From the NCBI GenBank assembly GCA_963798085.1, contig CAWCRS010000009.1:1-64000 (forward strand): 64,000 bases of DNA, read 5' to 3'. The DNA is from an uncultured Gemmatimonadales bacterium. GTDB taxonomy: Bacteria; Gemmatimonadota; Gemmatimonadetes; Longimicrobiales; RSA9. The notes under the pieces were generated by a model. That model was given only the letters and a program-made list of their open reading frames with translations, did no database searches and was not told where the DNA came from. The translations under genes and the position numbers were made by a program. Each line of letters opens with the position of its first letter. The stretch's first letter is position 1. This document shows, one piece after another, positions 31,585 through 41,256 of this stretch.

Positions 31585-33051
31585 CTAGCTGCTGGGTACG
31601 CTGAGCGACTTCATCAGGCGATAGAGAAACTCGAGACCATCGAAGTACTCCTTCACGCCCATGCGCTCATCCTTGCCGTGCGCCCGGCTGTCATCAATGT
31701 CGCCGAACAGACCGGACACGCCGTACACCGGGATGCCGGCCTGTCGCAGGTACAGTCCATCCGTCGCACCTGTGCTCATCACCGGTACCACAGGCACACC
31801 CGGCCACATCTCCTGCGTGATGCGCTCGATCGGCTGCATGATTTCCGCGGTCAGCGGCGAGGGTGGGCTCGGCTTGGCCGCGGCGATCGGTGCCACTGAC
31901 ACCTTGGAATCGGCGACGACGCGCGTCAGCGTCCGCTGCACTTCCGCCGGATCTGTGCCGGGCAGGATGCGGCAGTTCACCGTGGCCCTCGCCATCTGCG
32001 GCAACGCGTTCTCCGCGTGTCCACCTTCCAGCATTGTGGCGACGCATGTGGTACGCATGAGCGCGTTGTAGTACGGCTGCGCGGACAGCCTGCGCACGGC
32101 TGCCGTGTCCGGCGTGGGCCGCGCCACCGCTTTCATGTCCGCTGCCGTCTGTCCGCTTTCGATCGACGACATCCGCTCGAAGTACGTGCGCGTCACCTCG
32201 TTCAGCTGCAGCGGAAAATCGTAGCGCGCGATACGCCCCAGCCCATCCGCGAGATGGTAGATGGCGTTGTCTTTCTCCGGGCGCGAGCTGTGACCACCCT
32301 TGTTGAGTGATTCCAGACGAAACGACTGGAACACCTTCTCGCTCGCCTGTACCGCGTTCAGCAGCCTGTGTCCGTTGCGGGTCTGGCCGCCGCCACCTTC
32401 GTTGAGTGCGTACGCGGCGGCGATCAGGTCGGGGTGATTCTGTCGCAGCCAGTCGACGCCGTTGTGCTGCCCGCCTTCTTCATCCGACGTGAGCGCCAGG
32501 ACAATGTCGCGGTCCGGAACGATGCCTTCCCTGCGGAAGCGGATCAGGTTGGCGACGAAGATGGCCGCCATCGCCTTGTCGTCACTCGTGCCTCGCCCGT
32601 AGTACCAGCCATCCTTTTCCGTGAAGGTAAACGGGTCCAGCGTCCAGTCCTCACGTTTCGCTTCCACCACATCGAGGTGCGCCAGCAGCAGCAGCGGCTT
32701 GCGCCCCGCGTTCGCACCCCGCAGCCGGGCCACGAGGTTGCCCTTCCGCTCGACGGGTCCAAGAACCTGGACGTCTTCTTTCGGGAAGCCCGCTGCCAGC
32801 AGCCGCGCTGCCATGGCGTTCGCCGCACGCGTGTTGTCGCCGTTCGAGTCTGTCGTGTTGATCTCGATCAGCTCCTTGTAGATGTCACGCGCCAGCTGCT
32901 GCTGCGGGTTCAGCTGGAGGGTCTGCGCTGCACCGGCCGCGGGCGCGGCCACCGCAATGGCGCAGCAGGGGAGAGCGAGCGCCACCCGCCGGAAACGTGC
33001 AGCCGGCAAACGCCGCCGCACCACCAGCGACACGACATGGGAGCAGGACAT
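31585..33051 (-). CDS. M20/M25/M40 family metallopeptidase, exported
   Basis: LLAHLDVV, YGRGTSDDK, SDEEGG, LNEGG, GGHSS, GATDG, AHGKDER; signal peptide; AGGAGG RBS. Confidence 0.93.
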   Translation of the reverse strand: MSCSHVVSLVVRRRLPAARFRRVALALPCCAIAVAAPAAGAAQTLQLNPQQQLARDIYKELIEINTTDSNGDNTRAANAMAARLLAAGFPKEDVQVLGPVERKGNLVARLRGANAGRKPLLLLAHLDVVEAKREDWTLDPFTFTEKDGWYYGRGTSDDKAMAAIFVANLIRFRREGIVPDRDIVLALTSDEEGGQHNGVDWLRQNHPDLIAAAYALNEGGGGQTRNGHRLLNAVQASEKVFQSFRLESLNKGGHSSRPEKDNAIYHLADGLGRIARYDFPLQLNEVTRTYFERMSSIESGQTAADMKAVARPTPDTAAVRRLSAQPYYNALMRTTCVATMLEGGHAENALPQMARATVNCRILPGTDPAEVQRTLTRVVADSKVSVAPIAAAKPSPPSPLTAEIMQPIERITQEMWPGVPVVPVMSTGATDGLYLRQAGIPVYGVSGLFGDIDDSRAHGKDERMGVKEYFDGLEFLYRLMKSLSVPSS

Positions 33052-33116
33052 GTTGGGAGGCCTCCTGATGGGTTCGCTGGAGGATGCCTCGGGGGTGGAG
33101 GGTGACGCAACGCCGT

Positions 33117-33366
33117 CGGACCGTCTTGGCGTTCTTGGCTTTGGCCCAAAACACCTATCCACTGGGTGGGGCGCCGTGCCTTCCAGGCATATTGGCGACC
33201 CGCGGTGCCATGGAATTCTCGGCCGCACAGGCTAGAGTTCCTCTCGCATGGCGCAGAAAGGCCCGCGTTTCCCGAGGGTTTCGCGGGCGTTATGCCTTCC
33301 CGGAAGTCGGTTCGGGTCACATCGATAGTCGGATGGCGCACAACCCAAGAACGCCAAGACGGTCCG
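33117..33366. repeat. Inverted-repeat-bounded element 3 (250 bp)
   Basis: CGGACCGTCTTGGCGTTCTTGG (33117-33138) and CCAAGAACGCCAAGACGGTCCG (33345-33366); 33339-33367 is identical to 24006-24034. Confidence 0.85.
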
Positions 33367-33402
33367 GGTACTATATTCCGCGCACCCACAACCCATGGAC
33401 CA

Positions 33403-34491
33403 ATGAACCCGAAAACGCGACTTCTCGTCATGACTGCCGGCCTGCTGCTGGCCGGCTCCGCTGCCGCGCAGCAGACACCCGCGCGCTGGACGCTTGCACC
33501 CTCGCTCATGCCCCAGAACTCGGGCACGCGCGCCTCCTTCATTGCCGTGTACGTGGTGAGCCGCGACACGGTCTGGGCCGCGGGCGCCCAGGGCACGTTC
33601 GCGCGCACCACCGATGGCGGCGTCACCTGGCACGCCGCCGTCGTACCGCACGCCGATTCCCTCGCCTTCCGCGATGTCCACGCCATCAACGGCACCACTG
33701 CATGGCTGCTCAGCATCGGCAACGGCAGCGCCTCCCGCATCTACCACACGCGCGATGGCGGCGCCACCTGGACCCTGCAGTTCACCAACACCGATAACAA
33801 GGCGTTCTACGACTGCTTCAGCTTCTGGGATGCGGCGCATGGCATGGCCTTCAGCGATTCCCACGATGGCGCGTTTTCCATTGTCGCAACGGACAACGGT
33901 GGCGTCAGCTGGAACCTGCTGCCGGGCGCAGCGCTGCCTGCCGCGCATGAGGGCGAGGGCGGCTTCGCCTCCAGCGGCACCTGCCTGGTCACGCGCGGCA
34001 GCGCCACGGCCTGGATCGGCACGGGCGCCAGCGCGGGCGGCGCACGGGTGTTGCGCACCACGGATCGCGGCCGCACCTGGACCGTCGCGGAAACACCCAT
34101 TGTGAAGGGGAGCAGCGCCGGCATTACCACGCTCGCGTTCCGCGACGCGCAGAACGGCATGGCGCTGGGCGGCGACATCGGCAACGGCGCCTCGCACACG
34201 GATAACGCTGCTGTTACCCGCAATGGCGGCGCGCACTGGACCCTGGCGCAGGGGCCGCCTTTCGCCGGCGCCGTCTACGGCTCGGCGTTCGTACCGGGCG
34301 CGCCTCGCCCCACACTCGTAGCCGTGGGACCGGGTGGACTGGCCGTCACCACCAATGACGCCGCCACCTGGATGCCCATCGACACGCTCAACCACTGGGG
34401 CGTCGGCTTCGCTGCACCGGATGCAGGCTTTGCCGTGGGCCCGCGCGGCCGCATCACGCACATCACGCTGTTCAAGCGCACAGGATCGTAG
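33403..34491 (+). CDS. BNR/Asp-box beta-propeller (YCF48-related) secreted protein
   Basis: Signal peptide; repeats TTDGGVTW, TRDGGATW, TDNGGVSW, TTDRGRTW, TRNGGAHW; FASSGTC. Confidence 0.88.
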   Translation: MNPKTRLLVMTAGLLLAGSAAAQQTPARWTLAPSLMPQNSGTRASFIAVYVVSRDTVWAAGAQGTFARTTDGGVTWHAAVVPHADSLAFRDVHAINGTTAWLLSIGNGSASRIYHTRDGGATWTLQFTNTDNKAFYDCFSFWDAAHGMAFSDSHDGAFSIVATDNGGVSWNLLPGAALPAAHEGEGGFASSGTCLVTRGSATAWIGTGASAGGARVLRTTDRGRTWTVAETPIVKGSSAGITTLAFRDAQNGMALGGDIGNGASHTDNAAVTRNGGAHWTLAQGPPFAGAVYGSAFVPGAPRPTLVAVGPGGLAVTTNDAATWMPIDTLNHWGVGFAAPDAGFAVGPRGRITHITLFKRTGS

Positions 34492-34804
34492 CGGGCGCGA
34501 TCCGCTAACCGTGCATTTCGCCGCCCGCGATCCGGCCGGCTGGATCCCGGCAGGTCGAGGTCTGCGGAAGCGCCGGTGTCGCCACGGTCCACGTTTGTGT
34601 CGCGGGGCAGGACGCACCGGCCCGTTCCGCGTCGAGAGCAGTGGGCGCCGGGCCGTGCGCTCGGCGGAGGCCGGGATGACCGCCTGCTGGGCCGGTGCGG
34701 GAACTGCGCGCGGTTCGGCTATCCCCGGCACGACCGTGAGCCGCTGTTCTCGAGGCGCAGCGAAGGCCCGCGGCACTCGCAGGCGCTGATCGGATGACAA
34801 CCGA

Positions 34805-35332
34805 TCAGGAGATCGCTACCATGGCCGCCGCCCACCCGCTCGCATCCTCGTCCTGTCGGATGGCATGGCTCATGTCCACCGCGAGCATCGAGCCTTCGAG
34901 CTTCAGGTTGTAGCGGTCCATGCCGCGTGTCGCGCGTCCGGAAATGAAGGTGCCATCCGGCTGGTACTTCGACTTGTGCTTGGGACACTGGAAGCGCTGA
35001 TCCTGCTCCAGCCAGCGCAGCATGGTGTGCTGATGCGGACAGGAAAGCGCGAACGCGTACGCCGCGCCGTGATAGCGCACCAGAATCAGCTCATGATCAC
35101 GATCGATGCTGGCGCCATCCGTTGCCGGTACGGGGAACATGACGTCCTGTGATCCGCGCACTCGCCCGTGCGTCCAGCGCACCGGCATGCCCGTCGCTTC
35201 CGCCGGGCGCGCGCCCAGGACCACCAGCAAAGCCGCCGCGACGCCCACGGCATCGCGCACGAAATCACGCCGCGTGACATCACCACTGCAGGCGCCGCAA
35301 ACCTCGTCCTCGTGTTTCGACCGCTCCATCAT
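34805..35332 (-). CDS. Rieske (2Fe-2S) protein with Tat signal
   Basis: VTRRDFVR plus a hydrophobic stretch; LSCPHQ and FQCPKHKSKYQPDG; GRATRGMDRY. Confidence 0.9.
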   Translation of the reverse strand: MMERSKHEDEVCGACSGDVTRRDFVRDAVGVAAALLVVLGARPAEATGMPVRWTHGRVRGSQDVMFPVPATDGASIDRDHELILVRYHGAAYAFALSCPHQHTMLRWLEQDQRFQCPKHKSKYQPDGTFISGRATRGMDRYNLKLEGSMLAVDMSHAIRQDEDASGWAAAMVAIS

Positions 35333-35542
35333 CGACTCCGCTCCTCGCTGCCACCTCGTCATTGACCGCGGATCAACCCGCGTTCCCGTGTCGCCCGCAG
35401 CTGCCTCGCGTGCGCTCGTGCGCGCCCGCTGCGCCGTTTACGGATTCAGGCGACGATGCTTCGTCGCCTCTGCACCGCTTTCAGGCAATGATGCGTCCTC
35501 GCCTCTGCACCGCGTGCCAACGCCTTCCGTCCAAACCCGGCG

Positions 35543-36178
35543 TCAGTCGCGCCGGAAGGGCGGTATCATCATCAGCCAGCTCACCACAGCCGCGCTCATC
35601 AATGTGATCGCGAGCGTACGGTGCGTGCTGATGTTGCCGCCCCCTTCGCGACGGAACCCGAACCCCTCATGCTCCGATTCACCCACAGTCGCGGCCGTGA
35701 GGGCAAGCCGGCGCCGGCCGCCAGCATCAGCAGGCTGTGCGCTGTGCGCCAGCGCCGACCGCTGGGGTCGTGCCTCGCCTCGAGCAGGTTCAAACCGCCT
35801 GTTACCGTGTTCACCACGAACAGCCCGCCGATCGCGGCCGCCAGTGGCCCGTGGCTGTCGCGCGCCCAGCCCGGTGCGCTGCGGCACATTCTTCCGCAAC
35901 TCTTCTCCCGCTGCGAACTGCGCCACGAAGAGCGGCAGCATTGCATAACTCGCCCAGCGGTGAATGGTGAGCCGGGTGCCATACGCATCCGAATACTCGA
36001 ACAGCTTCTGCTGGTCCGTGTCCGCGGCCATGGGCCGAGGCGCCCGCGCGAATCGGTCCGGACCTGCCGTGCGGTACGCCAGCGGCCGGCACACCGTGGC
36101 CGCCGGGGTACCGCACGCCCTTGCCCTGCCGGTGTCCGCGGCCGCCGTCAACGCCCACGCCAGCGCCAGCACTACCAT
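35543..36178 (-). CDS. Hypothetical membrane protein with four His-bearing helices; compensating frameshifts about 35710-35880
   Basis: Joined frames: TIHRWASYAMLPLF / DSHGPLAAAIGGLFVVNTVTG / TAHSLLMLAA / STHRTLAITLMSAAVVSWLMM. GAGGAG RBS. Confidence 0.7.
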   Translation of the reverse strand: MVVLALAWALTAAADTGRARACGTPAATVCRPLAYRTAGPDRFARAPRPMAADTDQQKLFEYSDAYGTRLTIHRWASYAMLPLFVAQFAAGEELRKNVPQRTGLGARQPRATGGRDRRAVRGEHGNRRFEPARGEARPQRSALAHSAQPADAGGRRRLALTAATVGESEHEGFGFRREGGGNISTHRTLAITLMSAAVVSWLMMIPPFRRD

Positions 36179-36398
36179 ATCAGCCTGCTCCTCGTTCGAC
36201 GGTGCGCGTCCCGCCCGCACCCTTCACTCCTGTCCCCGCCTCCCAGACACCCGGACCCGCAACTGGCCCCTACGATCGGCGTCGGCGTCGCATGATGGAA
36301 GGCGCGCACGGAGCGGCCAGACTCGTGATCGGCGGCAAGCGTCCCGCGTTTCGGCCGCGCCGGGAGGCTGTCGCAGGACCTTCTCGGGGTCGATCGTG

Positions 36399-36446
36399 TA
36401 ATATATTGTGAAATGATAACTTAGAGATGTGGGTATGCTCCTTGCA
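36399..36446 (+). promoter_or_regulatory. Candidate sigma54 promoter with upstream IHF-like AT-rich site
   Basis: GGGTAT-GCTCC-TTGCA (36431-36446) has GG-N10-GC spacing; TAATATATTGTGAAATGATAACTTA lies just upstream. Confidence 0.6.
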
Positions 36447-36512
36447 CAAGTCGGGAGCGCGTCGGGTTACGACGCAGTAACAGTCGCGGCCAAGGCCGCA
36501 AAGGGGGGAAGC

Positions 36513-37430
36513 ATGGCACACCGTAACGGGGCTGCTCGCTGGACGTCTCTGGTGCTCGCTGCAGGCCTGGCTGGCCTGACGGCTTGCGGCCCATCCAAGG
36601 AAGTGCAGCGGCAGCTGGCCGAGCTGCAGACCGTCTCCGCAGAGAAAGACAGCCTGCTCGCGCAGGTGGCGGACGATTCCCGCCTCATGAGCGAGTTGAG
36701 CGCCGAAGTCGCGCGTGTGCAGCCCGCCAATGCCGCGGGTGTGCAGGAAGTCTCCGGCACGCCGGACCGCGAGACCATGCTCAAGAACATCAAGGACATG
36801 ACGGCGCGCGTGCAGTCGAGCGAAACGCGCCTGGCGGAGAGTCAGAAGCGCATTGCCGCACTGAGCCGTGAATCCAAGACGCAGCAGGGCAAGCTGGACG
36901 AGCTTCAGAAGATGGTGACCGATTTCCAGACCACGATCGACAATCAGAAGCAGACCATCTCGTCGCTCACCGAGCAGGTGAACAGCCTGCAGCAGCAGAA
37001 CGTGCAGCTGGTGGCGCAGAATCAGGATCTGACCACCCACACCACAGAGCTGACGCAGACGGTTGCGGACATGACCGCGCGTGACAACACGGCGTACTAC
37101 GTGGTGGGCCGCAAGGACGATCTGGTCAAACAGGGTGTTATCACGGAGCAGGGTGGGGGCCGCGTGCTGTTCGTATTCGGCAAGCATGGCAAGACCATCG
37201 TGCCCAGCCGCGATCTCGATCCGTCGACGCTCACGAAGATCGACCGCACCGAGACCACGACGATCCCGCTGCCCGACGCGGACAAGCAGTACCGCATCGT
37301 GTCGCTGCAGGATCTGTCGGCGCTGTCCACGCCGCCCAATGACAAGGGCCGTCTCAAGGGCGAGATCCGCATCGCGGACCCCGACAAGTTCTGGGCGAAC
37401 AGCAAGGTGCTGATCGTCGTACAGTCGTAA
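36513..37430 (+). CDS. Coiled-coil lipoprotein; C-terminus resembles Bacteroidota Cbp1-type proteins
   Basis: Lipobox LTAC, long Q/L heptad region, then NTAYYVVGRKDDLVKQGVI...IADPDKFWANSKVLIVV. Family resemblance recalled, not searched. Confidence 0.75.
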   Translation: MAHRNGAARWTSLVLAAGLAGLTACGPSKEVQRQLAELQTVSAEKDSLLAQVADDSRLMSELSAEVARVQPANAAGVQEVSGTPDRETMLKNIKDMTARVQSSETRLAESQKRIAALSRESKTQQGKLDELQKMVTDFQTTIDNQKQTISSLTEQVNSLQQQNVQLVAQNQDLTTHTTELTQTVADMTARDNTAYYVVGRKDDLVKQGVITEQGGGRVLFVFGKHGKTIVPSRDLDPSTLTKIDRTETTTIPLPDADKQYRIVSLQDLSALSTPPNDKGRLKGEIRIADPDKFWANSKVLIVVQS

Positions 37431-37455
37431 CCCCGAGGGGGAACGCGTGAGGCAG

Positions 37456-37495
37456 GCCCTCCGGCGATTGCGGTCGCCGGAGGGCTTCGCGTTTT
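37456..37495 (+). terminator. Intrinsic terminator
   Basis: GCCCTCCGGCGA-TTGCGG-TCGCCGGAGGGC followed by TTCGCGTTTT. Confidence 0.75.
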
Positions 37496-37610
37496 CGGGG
37501 TGCAGAGCCGGCACCCTGCAGCCCGCAGGCTCGCACCGGACTCGCACCGCTTCACGAGTTCCCGCACCGGGATCGCTCGCGAAAAAGCACACCAGCGCTC
37601 TGACACGCTG

Positions 37611-38681
37611 TTATCCGGGCGGCGACTGCTGCTGGATGCGTCGGGAGAAGCGCAGTACCTCCTCGAACAGCGCAGTCATGATATCCGCGTCGATGCCGGC
37701 CGCCTCCGCCCAGGCGCGGCGTTCGCTCAGCAGCTGCGCCTCGCGCCGCAGGTCGCGGACACCCACGCCCAGACTGGCCTTGGCCCGGCCCGCCCGCCGC
37801 GCCAGCCACGCCCGCCGCGAAAGCAGCGCCACGATTTCGCGGTCCACATCGTCGATCAGGTCCCGCACTTCACGGATTTCAGGCGACGCTTCGCCCAGAT
37901 CGGGAATCGCCAGCGGCCCGGCCTGCGTCTCGTCCGCCGTCGGCCCCGCCTCCGCCAGGTTGCGGTCGATCTCGGCCAGCGTATCGAGGAAGCGACGGCG
38001 CACTTCCGGCGCGTACGGGTTGTCCAGGTGCAGGGCCGCGAACAGGTGGCCGGCATCCGAACGTACCGCTTCCACGGTGCGCAGGATGGCACGCGACGAG
38101 GGTGGCGCATTCTCCGTATCCAGGCGCATGCCCGAGTCGATCATGCCCTTCGCCACGAAGTATGCCAGTGCGTGCGTTTCCGCCATGATGCGGTCGTGCG
38201 TCTCCGCATCCAGCTCCGTCACCACACAGCCAATCGCGTGGAACAGTGCGCGCGCACGCTGCGTCGCCGGTGCCTGCGATCCCTCCGCAGCCGGTGTCAG
38301 CACGACGCGCAGCGGGCGCTCGCCCAGCGTCAGGCTGGTCGGTCCGAACAGCGGGTGCGACCCGATCCACGGCACGGCATCGCCCAGCACTTCCGCCATC
38401 GCCCGGAGCGGCAGCGTCTTCACGCTGCCCACGTCCAGCACCAGATGGCCCGCCCCCAGGTGCGGCCTCGCCTCGAGCAGCGCTCGCCGCATCGCGCCAA
38501 TGGGCACCGCCAGCACGATGACACTGCTGGCCGCCGCCAGCTCGGCCGGCGAGGCCGCGCCCACCGCACCCGCTACGCCGGCAGCGTCGTAGGCGCGCAC
38601 GGCAAAGCCCGATTCCGCGAACAGCTCTCCCAGCGCGTGGCCGAACCTGCCGTAGCCAATGAACCCCACCGTTTCCTGCAA
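37611..38681 (-). CDS. tyrA: Prephenate/arogenate dehydrogenase with C-terminal chorismate mutase domain
   Basis: GFIGYGRFG, VLDVGSVK, SHPLFGP, HDRIMAETHAL; C-terminal IREVRDLIDDVDREIVALLSRR...VRDLRRE (AroQ-type). Confidence 0.88.
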   Translation of the reverse strand: MQETVGFIGYGRFGHALGELFAESGFAVRAYDAAGVAGAVGAASPAELAAASSVIVLAVPIGAMRRALLEARPHLGAGHLVLDVGSVKTLPLRAMAEVLGDAVPWIGSHPLFGPTSLTLGERPLRVVLTPAAEGSQAPATQRARALFHAIGCVVTELDAETHDRIMAETHALAYFVAKGMIDSGMRLDTENAPPSSRAILRTVEAVRSDAGHLFAALHLDNPYAPEVRRRFLDTLAEIDRNLAEAGPTADETQAGPLAIPDLGEASPEIREVRDLIDDVDREIVALLSRRAWLARRAGRAKASLGVGVRDLRREAQLLSERRAWAEAAGIDADIMTALFEEVLRFSRRIQQQSPPG

Positions 38682-38896
38682 AGCCTCGCTCCCGTGGCGT
38701 CGTGTTGTCGAGCGCCCGCCAAGCTAGCGTGCGGGCGGTTTCGGATGAAGCGACCAACGGCGCATCGCCAGCTGTCATGAAGAAGCTGCCATGCCAGTGT
38801 CTGCACAGCAGGGCGCGGCACCGGCGCAGCGTCCGGCTCCAGGCAGTCGACCGGAAAGCGGCCTGCGTGGTCGTCCGCTGTTGCGGGTAGCGGGCA

Positions 38897-38960
38897 TCTA
38901 CGGAAAAAGCAGTTGACAGGCCCGCAGCGCCGGCCTATCTTCTACGGGAATTTCAGTAGA
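38897..38960 (+). promoter_or_regulatory. Sigma70 promoter flanked by two BlaI-type operators
   Basis: TTGACA (38913-38918)-17 bp-TATCTT (38936-38941); TCTAC-N10-GTTGA (38897-38916) and TCTAC-N10-GTAGA (38941-38960). Confidence 0.85.
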
Positions 38961-38977
38961 CACGCCGGAAGGACACC

Positions 38978-39388
38978 ATGCCCGGATCAGGACGCAGAAA
39001 GAAACGGCTGTTCACCAACCGTGAGCTGGATGTGATGAGCATCCTCTGGCAGCTCGGACCTTCGACGGTGAGCGAGGTGCGCGAGCACCTGCCGGACGAG
39101 CTGGCGTACACATCCGTACTCTCGGCCCTGCAGACCCTGGAAGAAAAGGGTTATGTGGGTCACGAGGTGGAAGGGCGCGCTTACCGTTATCGCGCGGCTG
39201 TGGAGCCGGAGGAAGCGGGCCGCAATGCATTGGGGCGCATTCTGGACAAGGTATTCCACGGGTCGGCGGAGACACTGCTGGCCCGGCTCGTGGAGGAGCG
39301 GGAGCTGTCGCGTCCGGAGCTGGAGCGCATGCGGCAGCTGCTGGAGGAGCAACTGAGGAAGGCGAAGAACCCTCGGAGGTCCCGATGA
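38978..39388 (+). CDS. BlaI/MecI/CopY family repressor
   Basis: FTNRELDVMSILW...TVSEVRE...LAYTSVLSALQTLEEKGYV...GRAYRY...FHGS. Confidence 0.95.
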   Translation: MPGSGRRKKRLFTNRELDVMSILWQLGPSTVSEVREHLPDELAYTSVLSALQTLEEKGYVGHEVEGRAYRYRAAVEPEEAGRNALGRILDKVFHGSAETLLARLVEERELSRPELERMRQLLEEQLRKAKNPRRSR

Positions 39389-41256
39389 TCGCCGGCTGGA
39401 TGGTGCGTATTGCGTTGATGACAGCTCTGTTGGGCGTGGCGGCATTGGCCGCCGAGCGCGTGGTGGTTCTGACGGGTGGTTCGCGACGCAGGGTATGGCT
39501 GGTCGCGCTGCTGGCTGTGCTGATGCTCCCGCTGCTCGCGTGGGTAATGCCGGGCGTGGTGCCAGCGCAGGGCCTGCTGGCCGGTGTCCGCCGCCTGTTC
39601 TACGGCAGCGGCGTCCCGGCGCCGGCCGCAGCCTGGACGGAACCGCATGCAGCGGACGCCACCGGCAGCCTGCTGCTGGCCGGTGCCTGGCTCCTCGCTG
39701 TGCTCGTGTCAGCGGTTGTGTATGGCGCGGGCTGGTGGAAGTTGCGCCGCGCCCGTCGCACATGGCGGCCGGCACAGTTCGCCGGGAGCGCCGTGCTCGT
39801 GGCGAGGCGCGCCGGGCCGGCCGCGGTCGGTCTGGTACGTCCGGCCATTGTGGTGCCGGAGTGGCTGCTGAACGCGCGCGACCGCGTGCGTCGCCTGGTA
39901 TTCCTGCACGAGGCCGAGCATGTGCGCGCCGGCGATCACGCCGTGCGTGCGCTTGCGCCGCTCGTGCTCGTGACAATGCCCTGGAACCTGCCGCTCTGGT
40001 GGATGCTGCGCCGTCTGCGGCTCGCGCTCGAGGTGGACTGCGATCGTCGCGTGCTCGCGCGCGGCGTGGCTCCGGAGACGTACGGCTCGTTGCTCATCGA
40101 CGTCGCCGGGCGCAGTCGATTCTCGTTTCCCTCGGTGGCGTTTGCCGCGCCGCGCTCCGGCCTGGAGCGGCGGCTGCTGGCGCTCGCGGCGGAGCGGCCG
40201 AAGCACATCGCGACCCGCGCGTGGCTGCTCGCCGGTGGCGCCATGCTCGCCGGGCTCATGGCCTGCGCGGTGCTGCCTCCGGACGGCGGCGCCAGCGACA
40301 ATGCCGTGTACGTCGATGAGCCGGGAACGGTAGCGATCGCGAAACCAGCCGAGTTGCGTTTGAAGGTCAGGTCGCCGGGTTTCTTTGACAGCGGGGACGA
40401 AGTCGTAGCTCAAGCCGAGGCGAGCGCGCCTCTGCAGTTCGAGGCGAAGGCGTTCCGGAAGGTCGCGCCTGGCAGCGCGGTGCGCGTGTACGTGGATGGC
40501 CGTCGCGTCGACAGCAACAGCGTGTCAGAGCTGGACCCGGACCGCATCGACCGCGTCGAGGTCGTCAAGGGACCGAAGGCATCGGCGTCGACACCCGATG
40601 GCGCGACGGCGCCCAATGGCGTGATTCTGATCTACACGAAGAGGCGCCCGGCGCCGCAGCCGCGCGGCTCGCTGCTGCAGCGGCTCTTCGGCGGCTTCTG
40701 CTTCCTGCTCTGTCCAGCGGAGCCATCGAGATCCGCCAGGCCAATGGCGCGGACCACGCCTTTCCCGTCAACTCGCGCCGGGCCCCCGGTGCTAATGGCG
40801 CCCAGGCCCGACATGGATACGCCCGCACCAACACCGGTGCCAGGCACCGCCGCTGCGCCCGGTCCGCTCCGCTTCGACGTTGAATTGACGAGCCCGCTGG
40901 CGAGCATTCCAGTGGCTGTGACGCCTTCCGAGTTCACGATCACCATCGCGTCGCCAACGGGCCGGGTCTACGCCGCGGCGCCGGCTGCCGCCAGGCGCAG
41001 CTCTGCCTGGTCGGGATGGGTCAAGTGGTTGCCGTTCCGTGTGACAAAGCCCGAGCCGCGGACCGAGCAGCGCATCGGGTTTCCGCTGCTGCGTCTCCAG
41101 GCGCCGACCGTTGAAGTGGTGGCTCCCAGGACTGTGGTGACCGGGAAAATGATGCGGGTGAAGACCGCTCCACAACCGCTGTACAGGCTGGAGGCCATCA
41201 CGGTCACCGGAACCCGGGCTCGTCTTGATTCGAAGGATGCGACGGGGCGCCGTTAG
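39385..41256 (+). CDS. M56 (BlaR1-like) membrane metallopeptidase with TonB-plug-like periplasmic domain
   Basis: GPAAVGLVRPAIVVP, HEAEH, PWNLPLWW, EVDCDRRVL; later VYVDGRRV...LDPDRIDRVEVVKG...NGVILIYTK. ATGA overlap with blaI-like gene. Confidence 0.9.
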   Translation: MIAGWMVRIALMTALLGVAALAAERVVVLTGGSRRRVWLVALLAVLMLPLLAWVMPGVVPAQGLLAGVRRLFYGSGVPAPAAAWTEPHAADATGSLLLAGAWLLAVLVSAVVYGAGWWKLRRARRTWRPAQFAGSAVLVARRAGPAAVGLVRPAIVVPEWLLNARDRVRRLVFLHEAEHVRAGDHAVRALAPLVLVTMPWNLPLWWMLRRLRLALEVDCDRRVLARGVAPETYGSLLIDVAGRSRFSFPSVAFAAPRSGLERRLLALAAERPKHIATRAWLLAGGAMLAGLMACAVLPPDGGASDNAVYVDEPGTVAIAKPAELRLKVRSPGFFDSGDEVVAQAEASAPLQFEAKAFRKVAPGSAVRVYVDGRRVDSNSVSELDPDRIDRVEVVKGPKASASTPDGATAPNGVILIYTKRRPAPQPRGSLLQRLFGGFCFLLCPAEPSRSARPMARTTPFPSTRAGPPVLMAPRPDMDTPAPTPVPGTAAAPGPLRFDVELTSPLASIPVAVTPSEFTITIASPTGRVYAAAPAAARRSSAWSGWVKWLPFRVTKPEPRTEQRIGFPLLRLQAPTVEVVAPRTVVTGKMMRVKTAPQPLYRLEAITVTGTRARLDSKDATGRR

